DNA of 64,000 nt, taken from the NCBI GenBank assembly GCA_964016885.1, contig OZ024740.1:276582001-276646000 (forward strand), in the 5' to 3' direction. How positions within the stretch are numbered: the stretch's first letter is position 1; each line of letters opens with the position of its first letter. This DNA is from Eledone cirrhosa. Lineage: Eukaryota. The notes below the pieces were generated by a model, which made no database searches, had not been told where the DNA came from, and saw only the letters and a list, made by a program, of their open reading frames with translations. Positions 26,876 through 42,157 of this stretch are shown piece by piece. The position numbers and the translations under genes are program-made.

Positions 26876-27850
26876 TTATAAATGGAGTTTAAGCGACATC
26901 CTGCATCCCTTGGCGCCAAAAGCCTTTATCAGATCCTGCACCAGTTGCTGGTAGTTTTCAGCTCTGTAGTTGCCCAGGAAGCCCTTAACAACTGCCTTGA
27001 CACAGTTCCATGCTGTTCTCTCAATCCTATTGAGCTTATTGGAGAACTCGGTAGACTCAAACACTTCTTTATCTGAGGTCCAACAAAAATTTCACCTTTG
27101 ATTTTGGCCTCAGATAACTTGGGGAAGAACTCAAGAAGGTAGTTAAAAGTGGCTGATTCTTGGTTGAGAGCCTTCACAAACTGCTTCATCAACCCCAACT
27201 TAATGTGCAGTGGCGGCATGAACACAATCCTGGGATCAACCAGTGGCTGCCACATGACATTCCGGGTCCCAACTACAAATTCTGTTCGCTGTTCCCAGTT
27301 CTTTTTTTGTAGTGGTCAGAGGTGGCTTGCTGTCCCAAAGGTAGAGGAAGCATTGGAATTTGATAAAGCCTCCTTGGAGTCCAAGCAGGAAAGCCACCAT
27401 CTTGAAGTCTCCAATGATTTCCCAATTCTACTAGTTGTGTTGCAGAGCTTACAAGAGGACTTTCACACTTTAGTAATCTTCCTTCAGGCAGACTGAATGA
27501 GCTAGGGGCATTGTCGGGAACTTGTTACAATTGTGGAGGAGGACAGCTTCAAACTTGTGGTGGAGCTGTCTATAAATAGCCGGCACTCCTTGGGCACAAA
27601 CGTCAATAACGTTAAACAGTCCAGGCACGTCATAGCAGAAGCAGAGGCCATCCCCAAGAGTGTAAAAGCCCGAGAAAGGTTCGTATCAACTTCTCTGACT
27701 TGTCACCTGCACTTCTTCCTTGACCAAGTTCCACTGCTTCATCCTGGAGACCAATAGCTCTGCATTGGACTTGGTCAGACCCATATCCCTGACCAAGTCA
27801 TTGACTTCTTTTTGGTTTGGGAAGTGAGGAACTTTTTCTGGTACCGCAGT
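26876..27850 (-). pseudogene. Chapaev3 (CMC)-like DNA transposase fragment
   Basis: NDLVRD.GL.K..AELL.SR.K.WN, LFIDSS..SLK, PPLHIKLGLMKQFVKAL, FP.LSEAKIK..IFVGPQI, GFLGN.RA.NY, GC.MSLK.H; frameshifted and 3'-truncated; family assignment from recalled motifs. Confidence 0.75.
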
Positions 27851-28520
27851 ATCAATAAATCTCTTTAATCCATTTATTAACAATTTTATACTTTATTGCA
27901 CTTTTATAATTTTCTTTAGGTATTACTCTTTATTTTATAATTTTAATTTAACCTGAAACATATATAAAAAATCATTTAACAAAAGCAAATTAAACTTTCA
28001 TACAACGTAAAATCCAGCATTCAAATAATTTTAGTGAATAGCTTAGAAATTTTACCAACCAAAACTATTAACTGTTTAATAGCACTTTTTTAATTTATTT
28101 CGGACCTAAGCAACACATAAAAAGTGATTACAAGCCAGGAACAGAGAACAAATGTTTTTGTTATAATCCCGGCAGGGATACCAAACTTTAAGGTTTTCAG
28201 GTTTATGGTACTTATGCATAACTGGAAAGTGGTGTCTAATAAGATTATCGGAAGCTTCTAGCTATATATGCTTTGTATGTATGTGTGCGAAGAAAAAAAA
28301 AAGAAAGTACTCAATGCTTGGAATAGAGTAAAATATCAGATTTGATTAGAGGCTGAAACATTTACAAGTCTGTATTCCGATTTTCACACTTCCGATTTTC
28401 GGACGAAGATATAAACCACGAAAGTTGGGTGTAACTATTGGTGAAATAGTCTCTTCTGTGAGATTTAATATATATATACGTTTCATGTGCATACACGCAC
28501 GTAAGCACACACACACACAC

Positions 28521-28629
<109 letters not shown>

Positions 28630-28665
28630 CACATGCACGCACAAACGTATATATACATATATACA

Positions 28666-28715
<50 letters not shown>

Positions 28716-29487
28716 CAAAAACTCTCAGTCGACGGTAAGTAATTTATTCACGAAACACCTGAAGGAAAGCAAAATCAATAAACTTACAAAAAAAGGGAAA
28801 AAAAAACGACTCAATATATCAATTTGAATCAATAGACTTGGAGAAAATCCATCATTTGCTTGAGCTCCGAGTCGGCGAAAGGCCAAGCTTGTTTATAATG
28901 TATCCCTGGCAACAGTCCATTTTTGCTTGCCTTTTTGACCCAGTCGGAAGTTTTTTTGGACAGACTTTTGGGAATATTTACGAAAAAAAAAAAAAAAAAA
29001 AAATGTAGAACAAAAACAAAAACAACAACAGCAAAAAAACAAACAAACAAACAAAAACCAATACGAACAAAGAACAACAAACAAAAACAGACTGGTTGGT
29101 TACTTTGGGAAAATGCTTAGATTGCAATGTGCGGAAAATAACATTTACATGTGTATACATATATGTGTTACAGTTAGCATGTCTTAATGTTTGTGTGAGA
29201 TAGATAGATGCGAGCTAGCTAGTGTTATGAATGTATGAGTATGCACGCATTTTCCTAAATTTGCGTGTCACTAAATTGCACACTGTGTATGTATGAATGT
29301 AAATATGTATCTAAATATATACATTCTATCGCCATAACACAATGTCAGATGCATGCAGCATACAAATGCTTCATACAAAGTAGTAGATTGTTTTGTCAAG
29401 CTGTTATAATTTCGTCGTCGATAGAGTTATTGACATCCGTCAGAATGTATGAGCGTGTATACATACGCACCTATACATACATGCATA

Positions 29488-29605
29488 CATCATCATCATC
29501 ACTCGTCGACTACTGTCGAGATGATGGATCTCATTTTCATGCCCCAGAATTCCCTGTCCTCCATCGCTGCCCCCAGGTCCTGTCTACTGATTCCCGTATC
29601 CCTAG
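29488..29605 (-). mobile_element. RTE LINE extreme 3' end with (TGA)n tail
   Basis: Translation SRDTGISRQDLGAAMEDREFW...* then TGATGATGATG. Confidence 0.6.
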
Positions 29606-29996
29606 ATACATACATACATACATACATACATACATACATACATACATACATACATACATACATACATACATACATACACACATATACATACATACATGCA
29701 TGCATACACACATACATACATACATACATACGCACGTACATACATACATACACACATATACATACATAGATACATGCATCCATACACACATAAACACATA
29801 CATACGCACATACATACATGCATGCATACATACATACGTACATGCATACATACACACATATACATACATACATGCATGCATACACACATACACACATACA
29901 TACGCACATACATACATGCATACATACACACATAGATACATACATACATACATGCATGCATACGTGCATACATACACATATACATACATACACACA
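29606..29996. repeat. (TACA)n microsatellite
   Basis: Direct reading. Confidence 0.95.
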
Positions 29997-30480
29997 TGAT
30001 GGCTGCCCCCTCGTTGTCGAGTATGGCCATTGTGCGATATAGCATTAATAATTATTAATTATTTCTATCGTGCAATGCCTGTGCGTGAAGATATTTTTTA
30101 AAGTGAGGAAAGACTGTACACTGAGCCAATCCCACTCTCTGAACGACAGTAGCTATAACCCGAAAAGAAGAAAAGATCAACATCATCGGTAACTACTGAG
30201 CCGCAGGTTTTATATCGGAGTTATCCCAGTTTCCTGAGTTGCCTTCTCCTACAAGAATGCCCTGACAAAGGCTAGGGGTCCTTTACTCCCAGTGGTTTAA
30301 CCGCGTGGTACATGTGTACATACATATTTACACACTTTTGGATGGCCGTTGACTCTTATGAGTTCTTCCGCCCTTTGTCAGGTTTTGTTTTTTGTCCTGC
30401 AGGGTGTCCAAAATCACTCTCCCCACCAAGTTTATGTGGTGGGGTTGCCGGTTTAGTCGCCGGCGACCCGACCATGCGAC
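29995..30480 (-). mobile_element. Family D non-coding element associated with (TATG)n
   Basis: Near-identical reverse complement of 56525-57022; RTE 5'UTR-like motifs GGCGACTAAAC and TAGGAGAAGGCAACTC. Confidence 0.75.
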
Positions 30481-32001
30481 CATGCGACATACACACATAC
30501 ATACAGACATACACACATACATACATACATAAACTGATCCAGTTGTCTATTACTCTGAAGTTTCCTCGACGTATACGCGCTTCCTCAGACAGGAAAACAC
30601 AGTTTTTCCCTAAAAACCTTGTTTCAGACATCAGGGAAACTTCAAAGAAAGAATCTACTGGATCAGTGGAAAAATAATAACCCCTACAATATTGCACTTG
30701 TTTATGACACATTTTTCTATTATCTGTTAAAACCAATGTGTGTGTGTGAAAAAATACCTATGTAAGTTATAGCATACAGAGAACTATCGGTATTGGCTGA
30801 TAATCAAGATTACATATCACACATGGGATTAAAGCTTTCTCAATACTGGAAATCTTTCTATCTCCATAGCTTAACTATTGAATTCCTTGTCATTCGTTAA
30901 TGAGGCAGAATTGAAACCTTGTAAATCATTTTCTAAATATCACAGACGCCAACCACAAATTAGCGTTATTGAGTGTGGACGTGTTAAACATTTAATACGC
31001 TCTGCAGAGTCAGATATTAGTTGTTGGCTTGTTATGAGTCCACGACACAGCTTCAAATCCTGGCAAAATGTTCGTAGAAGAGTCCATAAGTGATTAGCTG
31101 CGAGGAATGAATATTCTAACGTTTCGATCACTTCAAAGTTGAGGCGATAGTGGTACTGTCTTGGTGGCAATATGACATATGAGGAAGAGAATTTATATAC
31201 AGTTCTGTAAATCCTGAGGAAATCATAGGGATGCAGTATTGACATACGGCGTTTCTAGGGTATTTTAAAACCTAGCACAGCCCATCTCCTATTCAGGTCT
31301 GAACACAGCAGATTTATTCCAGAGAAGGATAGAAGGATAGAGAGCTAAGGAATGGAAGTGAGAACGAGATATAGAAGAATCGACTCCAGTACTTGATTGG
31401 TACTTTTTTTATAGACCTTGAACGGATGAAAGGCAAAGTGAACCCCGGCGGGATTTGAACTCAGAGAACCGAAACGAATACCACAAAACACTCTATCCGA
31501 CGTTCTAACCACTCTGCTAATTCCCTGCCCCCCGAAGAAGAAAATAGGTAAATAATACTATATGGTGCAGTAGTATGGTGAGAGGTAGGAGGATACAAAC
31601 CGGTGAAAGGTGCTGTAAAGAGTCGTAGTCTACTAGGTAAACGATAAGGATGGGAGAGAATAATGAGCGACGTTTATTAGTGGGGATCAATACAGTGGAC
31701 TAGAGTTCAGTTGATATAACAGATTTGGTGAAGGTTAAATCAAATGTGGATGGTGAAAAGCTGTGAAGATTGCGCAAACAAGGAAATGCAGTAGTAAGCG
31801 TCTCATCTGAAACATGACACGCAGTGATACTTCAACTGGTTTCCTTCTCTCTCTCATCCCTGACACAAAGACCTCCAAAGCAGGCTTAATCTCTTTTTCA
31901 CCCTTAAACCCATCATCTACGAAACTACTATGATGTACCTTTCTGGTCATGCGACCAATATTTCTTTCTCACACTCTTACAGTATCATATCCGTTTCTTT
32001 C

Positions 32002-32002
32002 T

Positions 32003-32085
<83 letters not shown>

Positions 32086-32107
32086 GTTGCTGCTGCTGCT
32101 GCTGTTG

Positions 32108-32181
<74 letters not shown>

Positions 32182-32188
32182 GTGGATG

Positions 32189-32237
<49 letters not shown>
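32002..32237. repeat. (CTA)n trinucleotide repeat
   Basis: Direct reading. Confidence 0.95.
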
Positions 32238-32340
32238 AGTGGTTATTACACTTAGGAACTGACTGGTCTAGTACTATCTCTATTCGGGTATTCTCAGCTC
32301 CCTGGTCTTTTTACCTCTTCACCATCCCAGGCTTCTCACT

Positions 32341-32462
32341 AAATAATTGTTTCTACTTTTGGCACAAGGCCAGCAATCAACCAGTGTATTACTGGTACTT
32401 TATTTTATCGACCCCGTAAGGATGAAAGGCAAAGTTAATCTCGGCGGGATTTGAACTCAGAA
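32341..32462 (-). mobile_element. Meta-like SINE 3' half
   Basis: Reverse complement of the core. Confidence 0.8.
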
Positions 32463-32566
32463 TGGCCGTAATAATGCTAGTTCTTATCCATCTCCAGAAC
32501 ATTGCCCCACCGAGTTCCCTCCCTACAAATGTTTTTCTATAGCGGATGACTTGCAATTGTTTAAGT

Positions 32567-32771
32567 CTGGCATGTCAAACATGCGGCCCGCGGGCCTTAT
32601 GCGGCCCTTTGCAAGTACACCTGCGGCCCGCACAAAGGTTTTTACAGCGCGAGCATGTTTTAACTTCGTAAAAGTAGTTGTAATGTGCGCAATTAGTTGT
32701 CGTGTGTGGCCCTCAGACAACACATATGTGACCCATGTGGCTCTCGTAGGACCCTCAGTTTGACATGCCTG
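32567..32771. mobile_element. hAT (Charlie-like) MITE
   Basis: TIRs C(T)GGCATGTCAAAC / GTTTGACATGCCTG, perfect 8-bp TSD GTTTAAGT, GCGGCCC motifs. Confidence 0.85.
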
Positions 32772-33171
32772 GTTTAAGTGGCAAGTTAACCGATCTGGGA
32801 TGGGGTGGGGAAGGTGAAAGTCGTGGGCACAACTTCTGTTTCAGACAAACTTAATAAAGATTCCCTGGAACTCCATGACAGAAGCACATACAATCAAAGA
32901 TGGGAGAGAGGAAAAATAGAAAGGAATAGAAGAGAGTTTACATCTTTATGTTTGCTAACGCTAAAATTAGAGAAGTAAGTGTTACTGAGGGCGTCTCCGT
33001 GTGGTCGTTCCATTTGCTAGAATAAGCAACCAAATATCCTTCATATTACTTCAAACAGTCTAAAAAAAAGAGGAGGATGTATAGTATATTAGGCATTAAA
33101 AAGACGGGGCTGGTCTCTTTTAGAATTCACTTGATATATATCCGTTAAATCAAGATTAATCTGTTTTTCTG

Positions 33172-33230
<59 letters not shown>

Positions 33231-33687
33231 TAGATTTACATATACATAAACTAGACAGAGCCATAGATATATATATGTGTTTTTGGCAACTAGCCACGGT
33301 GTGGCTCAATGACGAATTAATTAATTAAATAATCAACAATCAGAGCAATATATAAGAAAGTAAGTCCATAGAATCATTTGATAAAATATATACAGTATTT
33401 CTTCTCCCAATCAGCATAATTAACCACACAAAAAATCAATTAAACGAGGCAATAAGTTTAAAATGTACCTATAAAGGAAAAACAGATAAATAAATGATAG
33501 CTATCTTATCCGCGATCAACAGCCACAGAAGATTTACCTAGTATTTCTAATAGCACGTAGAAATTGATTAGACATATAGCCAACCATACACAATTAGGTA
33601 CAAAATCAAAGTTAGAAGAAAAAATGTACATAAACATGCCAAAATTATGTCAAAATATTTTATCAAATGATTCTATGGACTTACTTT

Positions 33688-34110
<423 letters not shown>

Positions 34111-34678
34111 GTACAACCTGTCTCATGGTCGGGTCGTTGGCGACTAAACTGGCAACCCCACCAAGGTTTCTTGGTGAGGAGGGTGACTGGACATCCTGCA
34201 GGACTAAAAACAAAACCTGTCAAAGGGCAAAGGAGCTCTAAAGAGTCAATGGCCATCCAACATCACCGGGAGAGATGAATTCTTAGCCTTCGTCAAGGCA
34301 GAATTCTAGGAGAAGGAAATCTCTGATATAACACCTGCAATCCTGATGGTATCCAATGATGTTGACTTGTTCTTCTTTTTGGTAAATATCATCTTGGTTA
34401 AGAGAGTGGGACTGGCTTTGTGCAGTGCCTTTGCTCACTATAAAAGCTTCACGGCACAGGCATTGCTTTATATCTGGAGATCTCTCTGCACTTGTCGTCA
34501 CATGGTACCATGGGCCCAGCACTATGTGTCAATAATTGTCACAAGTTTAGTGTTTGTACCAGAGTTTCCAAGTCGCTGGCTGGACTAAAAAGTCACACTC
34601 GTTCAGCGTATCGGTAGGGGTTCTCCTACATGGATATAAAGTAGTGGCCGTACTCGAAAACGAGTTGGCAGCCACCAT
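34111..34678 (+). mobile_element. Family D element (second subfamily)
   Basis: 5' part matches 54801-55185 and 56525 onward; 3' part nearly identical to 55525-55825; flanked by ATGT repeats. Confidence 0.75.
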
Positions 34679-35324
34679 GTATATGTACGTATGTATGTAT
34701 CAGAGTTTGTGCTTTAAGAATAATTAGTTATTGATTAGGTCAAGCCTTGCCATGATCATGCAGACCTATAATGAAAAACGTATTTAGGTCTACATTATCC
34801 TATGATTTGATGGCATGTTATGATTTGATAATTTTAACACGTGGACTGATAATAGTAGAAGCTCCCTATTCAGTTCATATCAACAATTTTGGCATGGAAA
34901 ATAGTGGCACTAAATTAGGCGATAAATAGTCCACTGTTTGATCATTGAGGGTCAATGCTATTAATCAACATTTGATCATCCCTATTGAATTTAGTTTGGG
35001 GAATGGGATGAGAATTAAAAGGTTTTTATCGAAGTGAATTAACTACGACTGCTAATTGAACCTATGTTATTACCACTGTTCTTTGATATACCGCACAACA
35101 GATTTCTATAGATTTGTAGCGAACAGTGTATAATCAAATGTAAACATCTTTACAATATCTTCATGGAGAGAAAAAGATTGATCAGTCTGACTAGTTTCAC
35201 GTAGATGTAAATAAAAGACAAGCTCTTTGCATTTGTCTAACCATATAGCTTTGATTAAAAGTATCTAGTCTGTAGTACACTATCACATTGAAAGAAATCA
35301 CTGTTACTTTATCAATATTTTATT

Positions 35325-36013
35325 TTGGCAGTATCGGTAGAGGGTCGGACGCCATGCTTTGACGTATAGAGTTGCGGCCCTTACCATTCTGAGTTCAAAT
35401 CCCGCCGAGGTTGACTTTGCCTTTCATCCTTACGGGGGTCGATAAAACAATTGCAAGTCATCCGCTACAGAAAAACATTTGTAGGGAGGGAACTCGGAGG
35501 GGCAATGTTCTGGAGATGGATAAGAACTAGCATTATTACGGCCATTCTGAGTTCAAATCCCGCCGAGGTTAACTTTGCCTTTCATCCTTACGGGGGTCGA
35601 TAAAATAAAGTACCAGTAATACACTGGGGTAATTGCTGGCCTTGTGCCAAAAGTAGAAACAAATATTTTATTAGTCCTTTTACGTTGCTCGTTTGGCGGG
35701 GAATTGGCAGAGTTGCCAATAAAATGCTTTATGGTATTTGTACCGGCTCTTTGCTCTCTGAGTTCCAATCCTGCCGAGGTAAACTGCCTTTCATCCTTTC
35801 GAGGTCGATAAAAAAGTACCATTCTAGTACTGATGTCGATTCTTCCTCTATATCTCTTTCTCATTTCCTCTCTCTCATTTCCTATTTTTCTTTGGAAGAA
35901 ATCTGCTGTATTCAGGCCTGGAGAGGGATGGGCTCCGCCAGGCTTAAAAATACCCAAGAAACGCTGTATGTCAATACAGCGCCCCTGCAACTCATCAGTA
36001 GTTACTGGACCAT
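35325..36013 (+). mobile_element. Cluster of three Meta-like SINE pieces
   Basis: 35325-35449, 35545-35665 and 35694-36013. Confidence 0.8.
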
Positions 36014-36189
36014 ACATATATACATACATAAAGTAAGATATCATACGAGGGTCGGCTGAAAGTTCATAGGCTGACCAAGATACTCTCATGGAATAACCAA
36101 ATGAGGTTTATTTTTCAATATAGTCACTGTAAAGAAACAATGCAGTTATTAATGAGTTGAAACTAAATTATTGCATGCGGGTACTGTCA

Positions 36190-36860
36190 GAAGCAACCGT
36201 CTCCTTCTAGCGAGAACAGTCAAGCTAATGGATCTTATGCAACCATTTTGCTTGGGGTCTACCTCTGGGTATCCTACCGGCTGGTTTTGCCCGTAAAATT
36301 TGTCCACTAATTCTTTCCGGAGACATTCTAACCACATACCCATGGTATCGGAGCTGTGATTTCTCAATTAGGAGAAGTAGCGTCTATACCTGGAGAGACT
36401 CTCTGATCTCCGAGCTACGCACTCTATCGATTAATATTACTCTAATGACCCGTTGGAGAAAATCTATTTCGCCCGCTTGTATTTGCGATCGTTTTTTTTT
36501 TCGGTCATTACCCAAGATTCATTATTATAGTTAAGGGTTGGCACGAATACCGAATTAAAGATAGCCAGTTTGGCTTTTACACCTAACTCCCTTCTTCTCA
36601 TTATCAAATGATGAAGCTGGTGCATTACTACAACAGCTCCTGCAATTATTGCACTTAAATCACCTGCCTTCCATCACTCGTGAACACAGCACCGAGAAAC
36701 TTGAACTTCTCTACCGGTTTCAGTGGAACTCCATTCACATGTAGTGCACAGCTCAGGCTTCCTTGGAAGGACGAGTGCCTCAGTTTTCGCAGTACTGATT
36801 TTCATTCCAGCATGCAGCACTCGGTATCAAAACTATCGAGTTCAAGTCGGAGATCACCTT
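36190..36860 (-). mobile_element. Degenerate RTE LINE fragment
   Basis: Shares GAGACATTCTAACCACAT...GGAGAAGTAGC..TATACCTGGAG..ACTCTCTGATCTCCGAG with 1130-1230. Confidence 0.65.
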
Positions 36861-38330
36861 CTGTAGAATTTTAATGTGAATCAACTACGTCATATCTGTC
36901 TGACTATCATTCTTAGCTATATTTCTTAAGACCTAAATGTTACACATTTCGCGTTACTTCCACTCGTAAATGTATTGTTTTATGTTCCCTCTAATATTGT
37001 GAACTACAAGGAAAGTGTAAGCCTAGAGAGCCTCAACATGCTTGTTCGACTAGGTAGAAGTAACTGTGAAATCTTCTTTAAATCCCATCTTTTGTCTTAA
37101 AATGGTGAAAGATACATTAGATAATGGTGTCCTTGGTATACGGAAAGATGTCAATGTCATGGCTATAATGCTTTTGATTATAGGTCAGCTCAACCAAGGC
37201 TGAGGTATAACAACCTCTATACAGTATTGGTTTTTATTGACTACGTTCTATAGTTTAAGGAAGAAAAATTGTGGGTAGTTAACGACTTTCGTAGCTTTCC
37301 CTAATCTTTTAACAGCCTAAGTGAAGCAGTTCCAACCAGGTGTTAAAATCTCCATAGCAGTCATGATTTGGAGGAAGCTTAATTCTTGTCACGCTCTACA
37401 TAAAAAAGAAAAATACATTCTTGACACTAATCTGAAATAATTACACTTCAAGTAGAACAAATGGTATTGACTGCGAATTATAAAGCGAGAGAAGGAATTG
37501 AATATTTTGAAAGTAGGAACTTTATATTCATCTAAATTCTATTACTTCTGCAATGAAAGTTGAAATTAAATCAATCTTGTATGAACACAGTTACTCTGAC
37601 GTAACACTTTGGCATTCGTCTTAACTAAATGGGAAAATAAACAAAATTGAAGTGGTTTATTTGCGAGCGTACGTGTGTGCGGATGTGTGCCTGTATGCAT
37701 GTGCGCATGTTATTGTTACATTAGAAAAATATGTATGTAATGTAAAAACTTGTTTTCGATCAAATAAAAAAGGAAAAAAATACTATGAATACTTATAATG
37801 TTTTAACTAACAGAATTGAATCATTACAAAATATTAATTGGTGTAACAATTCTCAAGTTGTTTTCTACAATTTGACATGATTATTTGGTATAGATGCATG
37901 TAATTTAACAACTGATAGTGTTTGCATAAGTTACCAAAGGTCTAAAGTACGAAATATTTTCTGAAAATATATTTTCGAAAACGTGTGACATGATATTGTT
38001 TTAATGATTTATCATGATTCAGTTTTGACAATGAGCATCCCTTTGTTCAACCAAAGGAATTATTTACTCATTAAGTTTATATGTTAATTGCCTGAATATT
38101 CTACCAATACTGAGAGCAATCCTCATGCCAACTAAATGTGACACAATATGTGGCATGGCTGAACGTTTGAATTAGATATTCATTCAACAGTCTTCCATAC
38201 AATTTCCGTTTATTTAGTTTCACATCAAAAGCTTGGATCAGTATGTACGGGAGAGGGCACTGGATGTTTCCATCTTATTACCATCTCATCATTGACGCAT
38301 CAACTTCATTGTACTTACCATAGTATTAAA

Positions 38331-38516
38331 TAACTGTTTCTACTTTAGGCACAAGGCCAGCAATTACCCAGTGCATTACTGGTACTTTATTTTATCGACC
38401 CCGTAAGGATGAAAGGCAAAGTCAACCTCGGCGGGATTTGAACTCAGATCGTAAAGGGACGTAACTATGCTGGAAAGCATGGTGTCCGACTCTCTACCGA
38501 TACTGCCAATCCACCA
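38331..38516 (-). mobile_element. Full-length young Meta-like SINE with TSD
   Basis: Direct repeat ACCATAGTATTAAATAAC on both sides; nearly identical to 23803-23993. Confidence 0.9.
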
Positions 38517-39005
38517 CCATAGTATTAAATAACGAATCATTAATTAAATGTAAATGTCTGTATAGAAGTTCACGTAAAAAAAAAGCACAAGAATTCTTTA
38601 GTGAATAAATAAATCAAGATTGTTATTCGCATGAAAAACAAGTTACATTTAAGACAGTGAAAGTTTAAGCTGAAGAGAGAATTATGTGGTGAGGAAAAAC
38701 AATACCCGTCATATTTAGGTTACACTTGACCAGCCGTGACCCCTTGGGCCACGTTCGCTTCAAAATATTTTAAAAAAAATCATGTTCAGTTAAAAATAAT
38801 TTAAAAATAATTAAAATATACACAGACATATATATAATGTGAAATGAAACTGGAAGGCCCATATATGTACGTGTGCGTATATATATACATAAATTTGTGT
38901 GTGTGTGTATACATATATGTATATATATATATATATGTGTGTGTGTGTATGTGGGTGTCTGTGATCTATATACACTGTGATCATAGACACACACACACAC
39001 TCACA

Positions 39006-39316
<311 letters not shown>

Positions 39317-39347
39317 TATATATATCTATATATCTATACAACTCCAC

Positions 39348-39429
<82 letters not shown>

Positions 39430-40559
39430 CCATTCCCATTCTCTGTCTCCCTCTGTCTATGTCTCTCTTTCAATCTACTCTTTCACAAACACTATCTCTT
39501 TCTCTCTATCCTTCTCTCTCGCTATTTATGGAGGTACCCAGAAAACCCCATATCTTGTTTTATTCCATTTGTATTCCCATTTCAGGGTCAACTTCCTTTC
39601 AAAGTATTTCCCATTATGCGCCCCTGCGGCTGTATTACATTACAGACAAGCAAGCAAGCAATCACAGACTTTTAGTATTATATAGATAGATGACCACATC
39701 AGCGAAGCCTAATATTTCTTCTTATTGTTTTTTTCTGTTTCTGGTATCGAGTTGAAAGACTAAGATTACAGCTAATGTGAATTATTTACTTTTGTAGTTT
39801 TACAGTTACCAGCATTACATTTCTTTTACTGTTTAGCCAAGGAGGGAAGAGCAATGACTATGACTCTTTCTAGTGCTTCTGGAGCGGTTCGGAAAAAGGA
39901 AGACATTTTGAAATCGTGGACTTAGTTCGAAAGCTTGAGCAGAATAGACTTCGCTAAAGGTACACAAGAGCCAGGTGGTGGCGTTAAATCAAGTTACCGT
40001 TGACGTCTTCAATTCAAGATGAGATCTACCACAATATAACATTTAAAAAAATCTACAATATGGTCTCCTTGTTTTCCCCAACTTAATTTCCATTACTCAT
40101 CGATCAAGTTCTTTCTAATCATTTTCTAATTATCGTTATAAATGATTATCGTAATAAATTGACAATTTAGTACAATTTGCGTTATATAAAGTAAGAAACT
40201 GAGACTCAGAAAATAACTGTAAACACAGTCGGCTGCTATAAATAATAGTTTTATTGACAGTAACAAACTGTGTCTAATCATTTTCTATGTTGGAGCTTCT
40301 CAACAGAGCTGTTCTGCTAGAGGACGGGTGGCAGGTGGCGGATAGCGATACGGCCACTAGATATGATGGCTAGTTGCGATATAAGCGGGCAGCTGCCTGA
40401 CGAATGAGCAACGCCAGGCCAAAAGTGGTAAACTACTAGGAGAGATGGAGCAATGGGTGACACCTGTGGCTCCCAAGAAAACTCTCACGACCCAGTGACG
40501 TAGCTATGACGAAGTGAGTAAAGGCTGCCTAAAAATTAAAAAAAGCCTAGTCTTCGTGG

Positions 40560-40795
40560 GTTTGACAAAGTACCAGATTGGTGACTGGCGTGAACGAGAC
40601 CCAGGGGTAAACCCAAAGCAAGAGGGTTGAATAAAATCCATGAGATTGGTTGGTCATCCTTGGGGATCCAGCTGTATCAGTTGGAGATGGATAACTCTGA
40701 CAGGACGTGCTGGAAGGAGTGTTTGAGGACTCTGCCCACACGACCCTCTCAGGAATGAGTGGGCGAAGAAAATAAGAAACAAAAAAGAAGAGGAG
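40560..40795 (+). mobile_element. RTE LINE 3' end
   Basis: Similar to 897-1100 (GAGACCCAGGGG, ATCCATGAG, GATCAGTTGGAGATGG, GACCCTCTCAGGAAT). Confidence 0.6.
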
Positions 40796-41572
40796 ATTCC
40801 AAGATTTTCTATGAACTTCATAACCCCTCACCCCTTCAAATGTTAGAACTTTGCATGAAATGTTCATATTTGTATATGCATATATCTTGTCAATTACCAT
40901 TCTAATGATAAATGATTTATACGTGTTTTATTTTAAAACTTATGTAAATATATTTATTTGCTTATTTCATATGGCTCTGTTCCATTTGTTTTCACAGCTA
41001 TGTAATATATTACAATTTGTGTGTTTGTATGTAATATACTCGCCGGCGAATTGGCAGAGTTATTAGAACGTCGGATAGAAAGCATTTCGGTATTTGTTTC
41101 GGCTCTGCTCTCTGAATCCAAATCCCACCGAGGTTAAATTTCGAGGTTAATAAGGAAGTACATGTCTAGTACTGGGGTCGACTCGCCCTCTATATCTCTT
41201 TCGCACTTCCTTTCTTTCACTTTCTATCATTCTTTGGAAGAAATCTGTTGTATTATAACATGGAGAGGAGATGGGCTCCGACAGGTTTAAAAAAACGCCC
41301 TAGAAACTCCGTGTGTCATTATGATGCCCCGACGACTCCATCAGTAGTCACGGGGCCGTACATGTCATGTAATATATTATAGTAGGAGAATGCTGTTGAT
41401 TCTTAACATTAGTATACAACGCCTCTTCATGTGTTATATATTTTTTGAAGAAATGTGTTAACCACTATTACATTACACAATTCATCCTCAACTACATAAT
41501 GAATCACAACTTTATTCATAAGTTAAACAAATTTATAATTCATGAATGTGTGCATAAGGATTTCTAGTATCA

Positions 41573-41763
41573 AATAATTGTTTCTACTTTTGGCACAAGG
41601 CCAGCAATTATCTAGTACATTACTGGTACTTTATTTTATCGACCCCGTAAGGATGAAAGGCAAAGTTGACCACGGCGGAATTTGAACTCAGAATTCAAAG
41701 GGCCGTAACTCTATGCGTCAAAGCAGGACGTCCAACCCTCTACCGATACTGCCAATCCACCGC
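41573..41763 (-). mobile_element. Full-length Meta-like SINE with TSD
   Basis: Direct repeat ATTTCTAGTATCAAATAAT on both sides. Confidence 0.88.
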
Positions 41764-42157
41764 ATTTCTAGTATCAAATAATGATTTCTAGTATCAAGTG
41801 TGCATAATAAAAGAAACGAAAGAGAAAGGGAAATCATTAAATAACAAAAATAAAAGGAAGGAACATCAGACTCAACACTCCAATCTAGACAGGATATCAC
41901 GGCTATACACCGCAGATAAAGTGGTGAAGACATTGCTGTGGAGAACAGTCAGTAACACACGTTACAGCAGTCACTTTACCTCATGGCTCTCTTTCCTCAG
42001 GTGGAATGCACTGCCCCCTATTTTACGGAAAGTGACCGGTACAAAAAGGAAGTGGTTGGTCAAATCCCGGTACTTAGCTAACTTCCTCTCTGTCATGTTA
42101 CGACATTGAACCGACAGTTGCTAGGATAGGAAAAAATAATTTATGGTATTTATTTCA

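Noticed and set aside
28829-28980. Short - strand reading NIPKSLSKKTSDWVKK...
   Set aside because: No convincing splice signals or known motif
31930-32419. Poly-Thr / poly-Leu ORFs resembling mucin or membrane proteins
   Set aside because: Pure (CTA)n repeat with no supporting coding context
39837-39960. Possible exon after an acceptor-like TTTAG
   Set aside because: Stops in all frames and no recognisable protein
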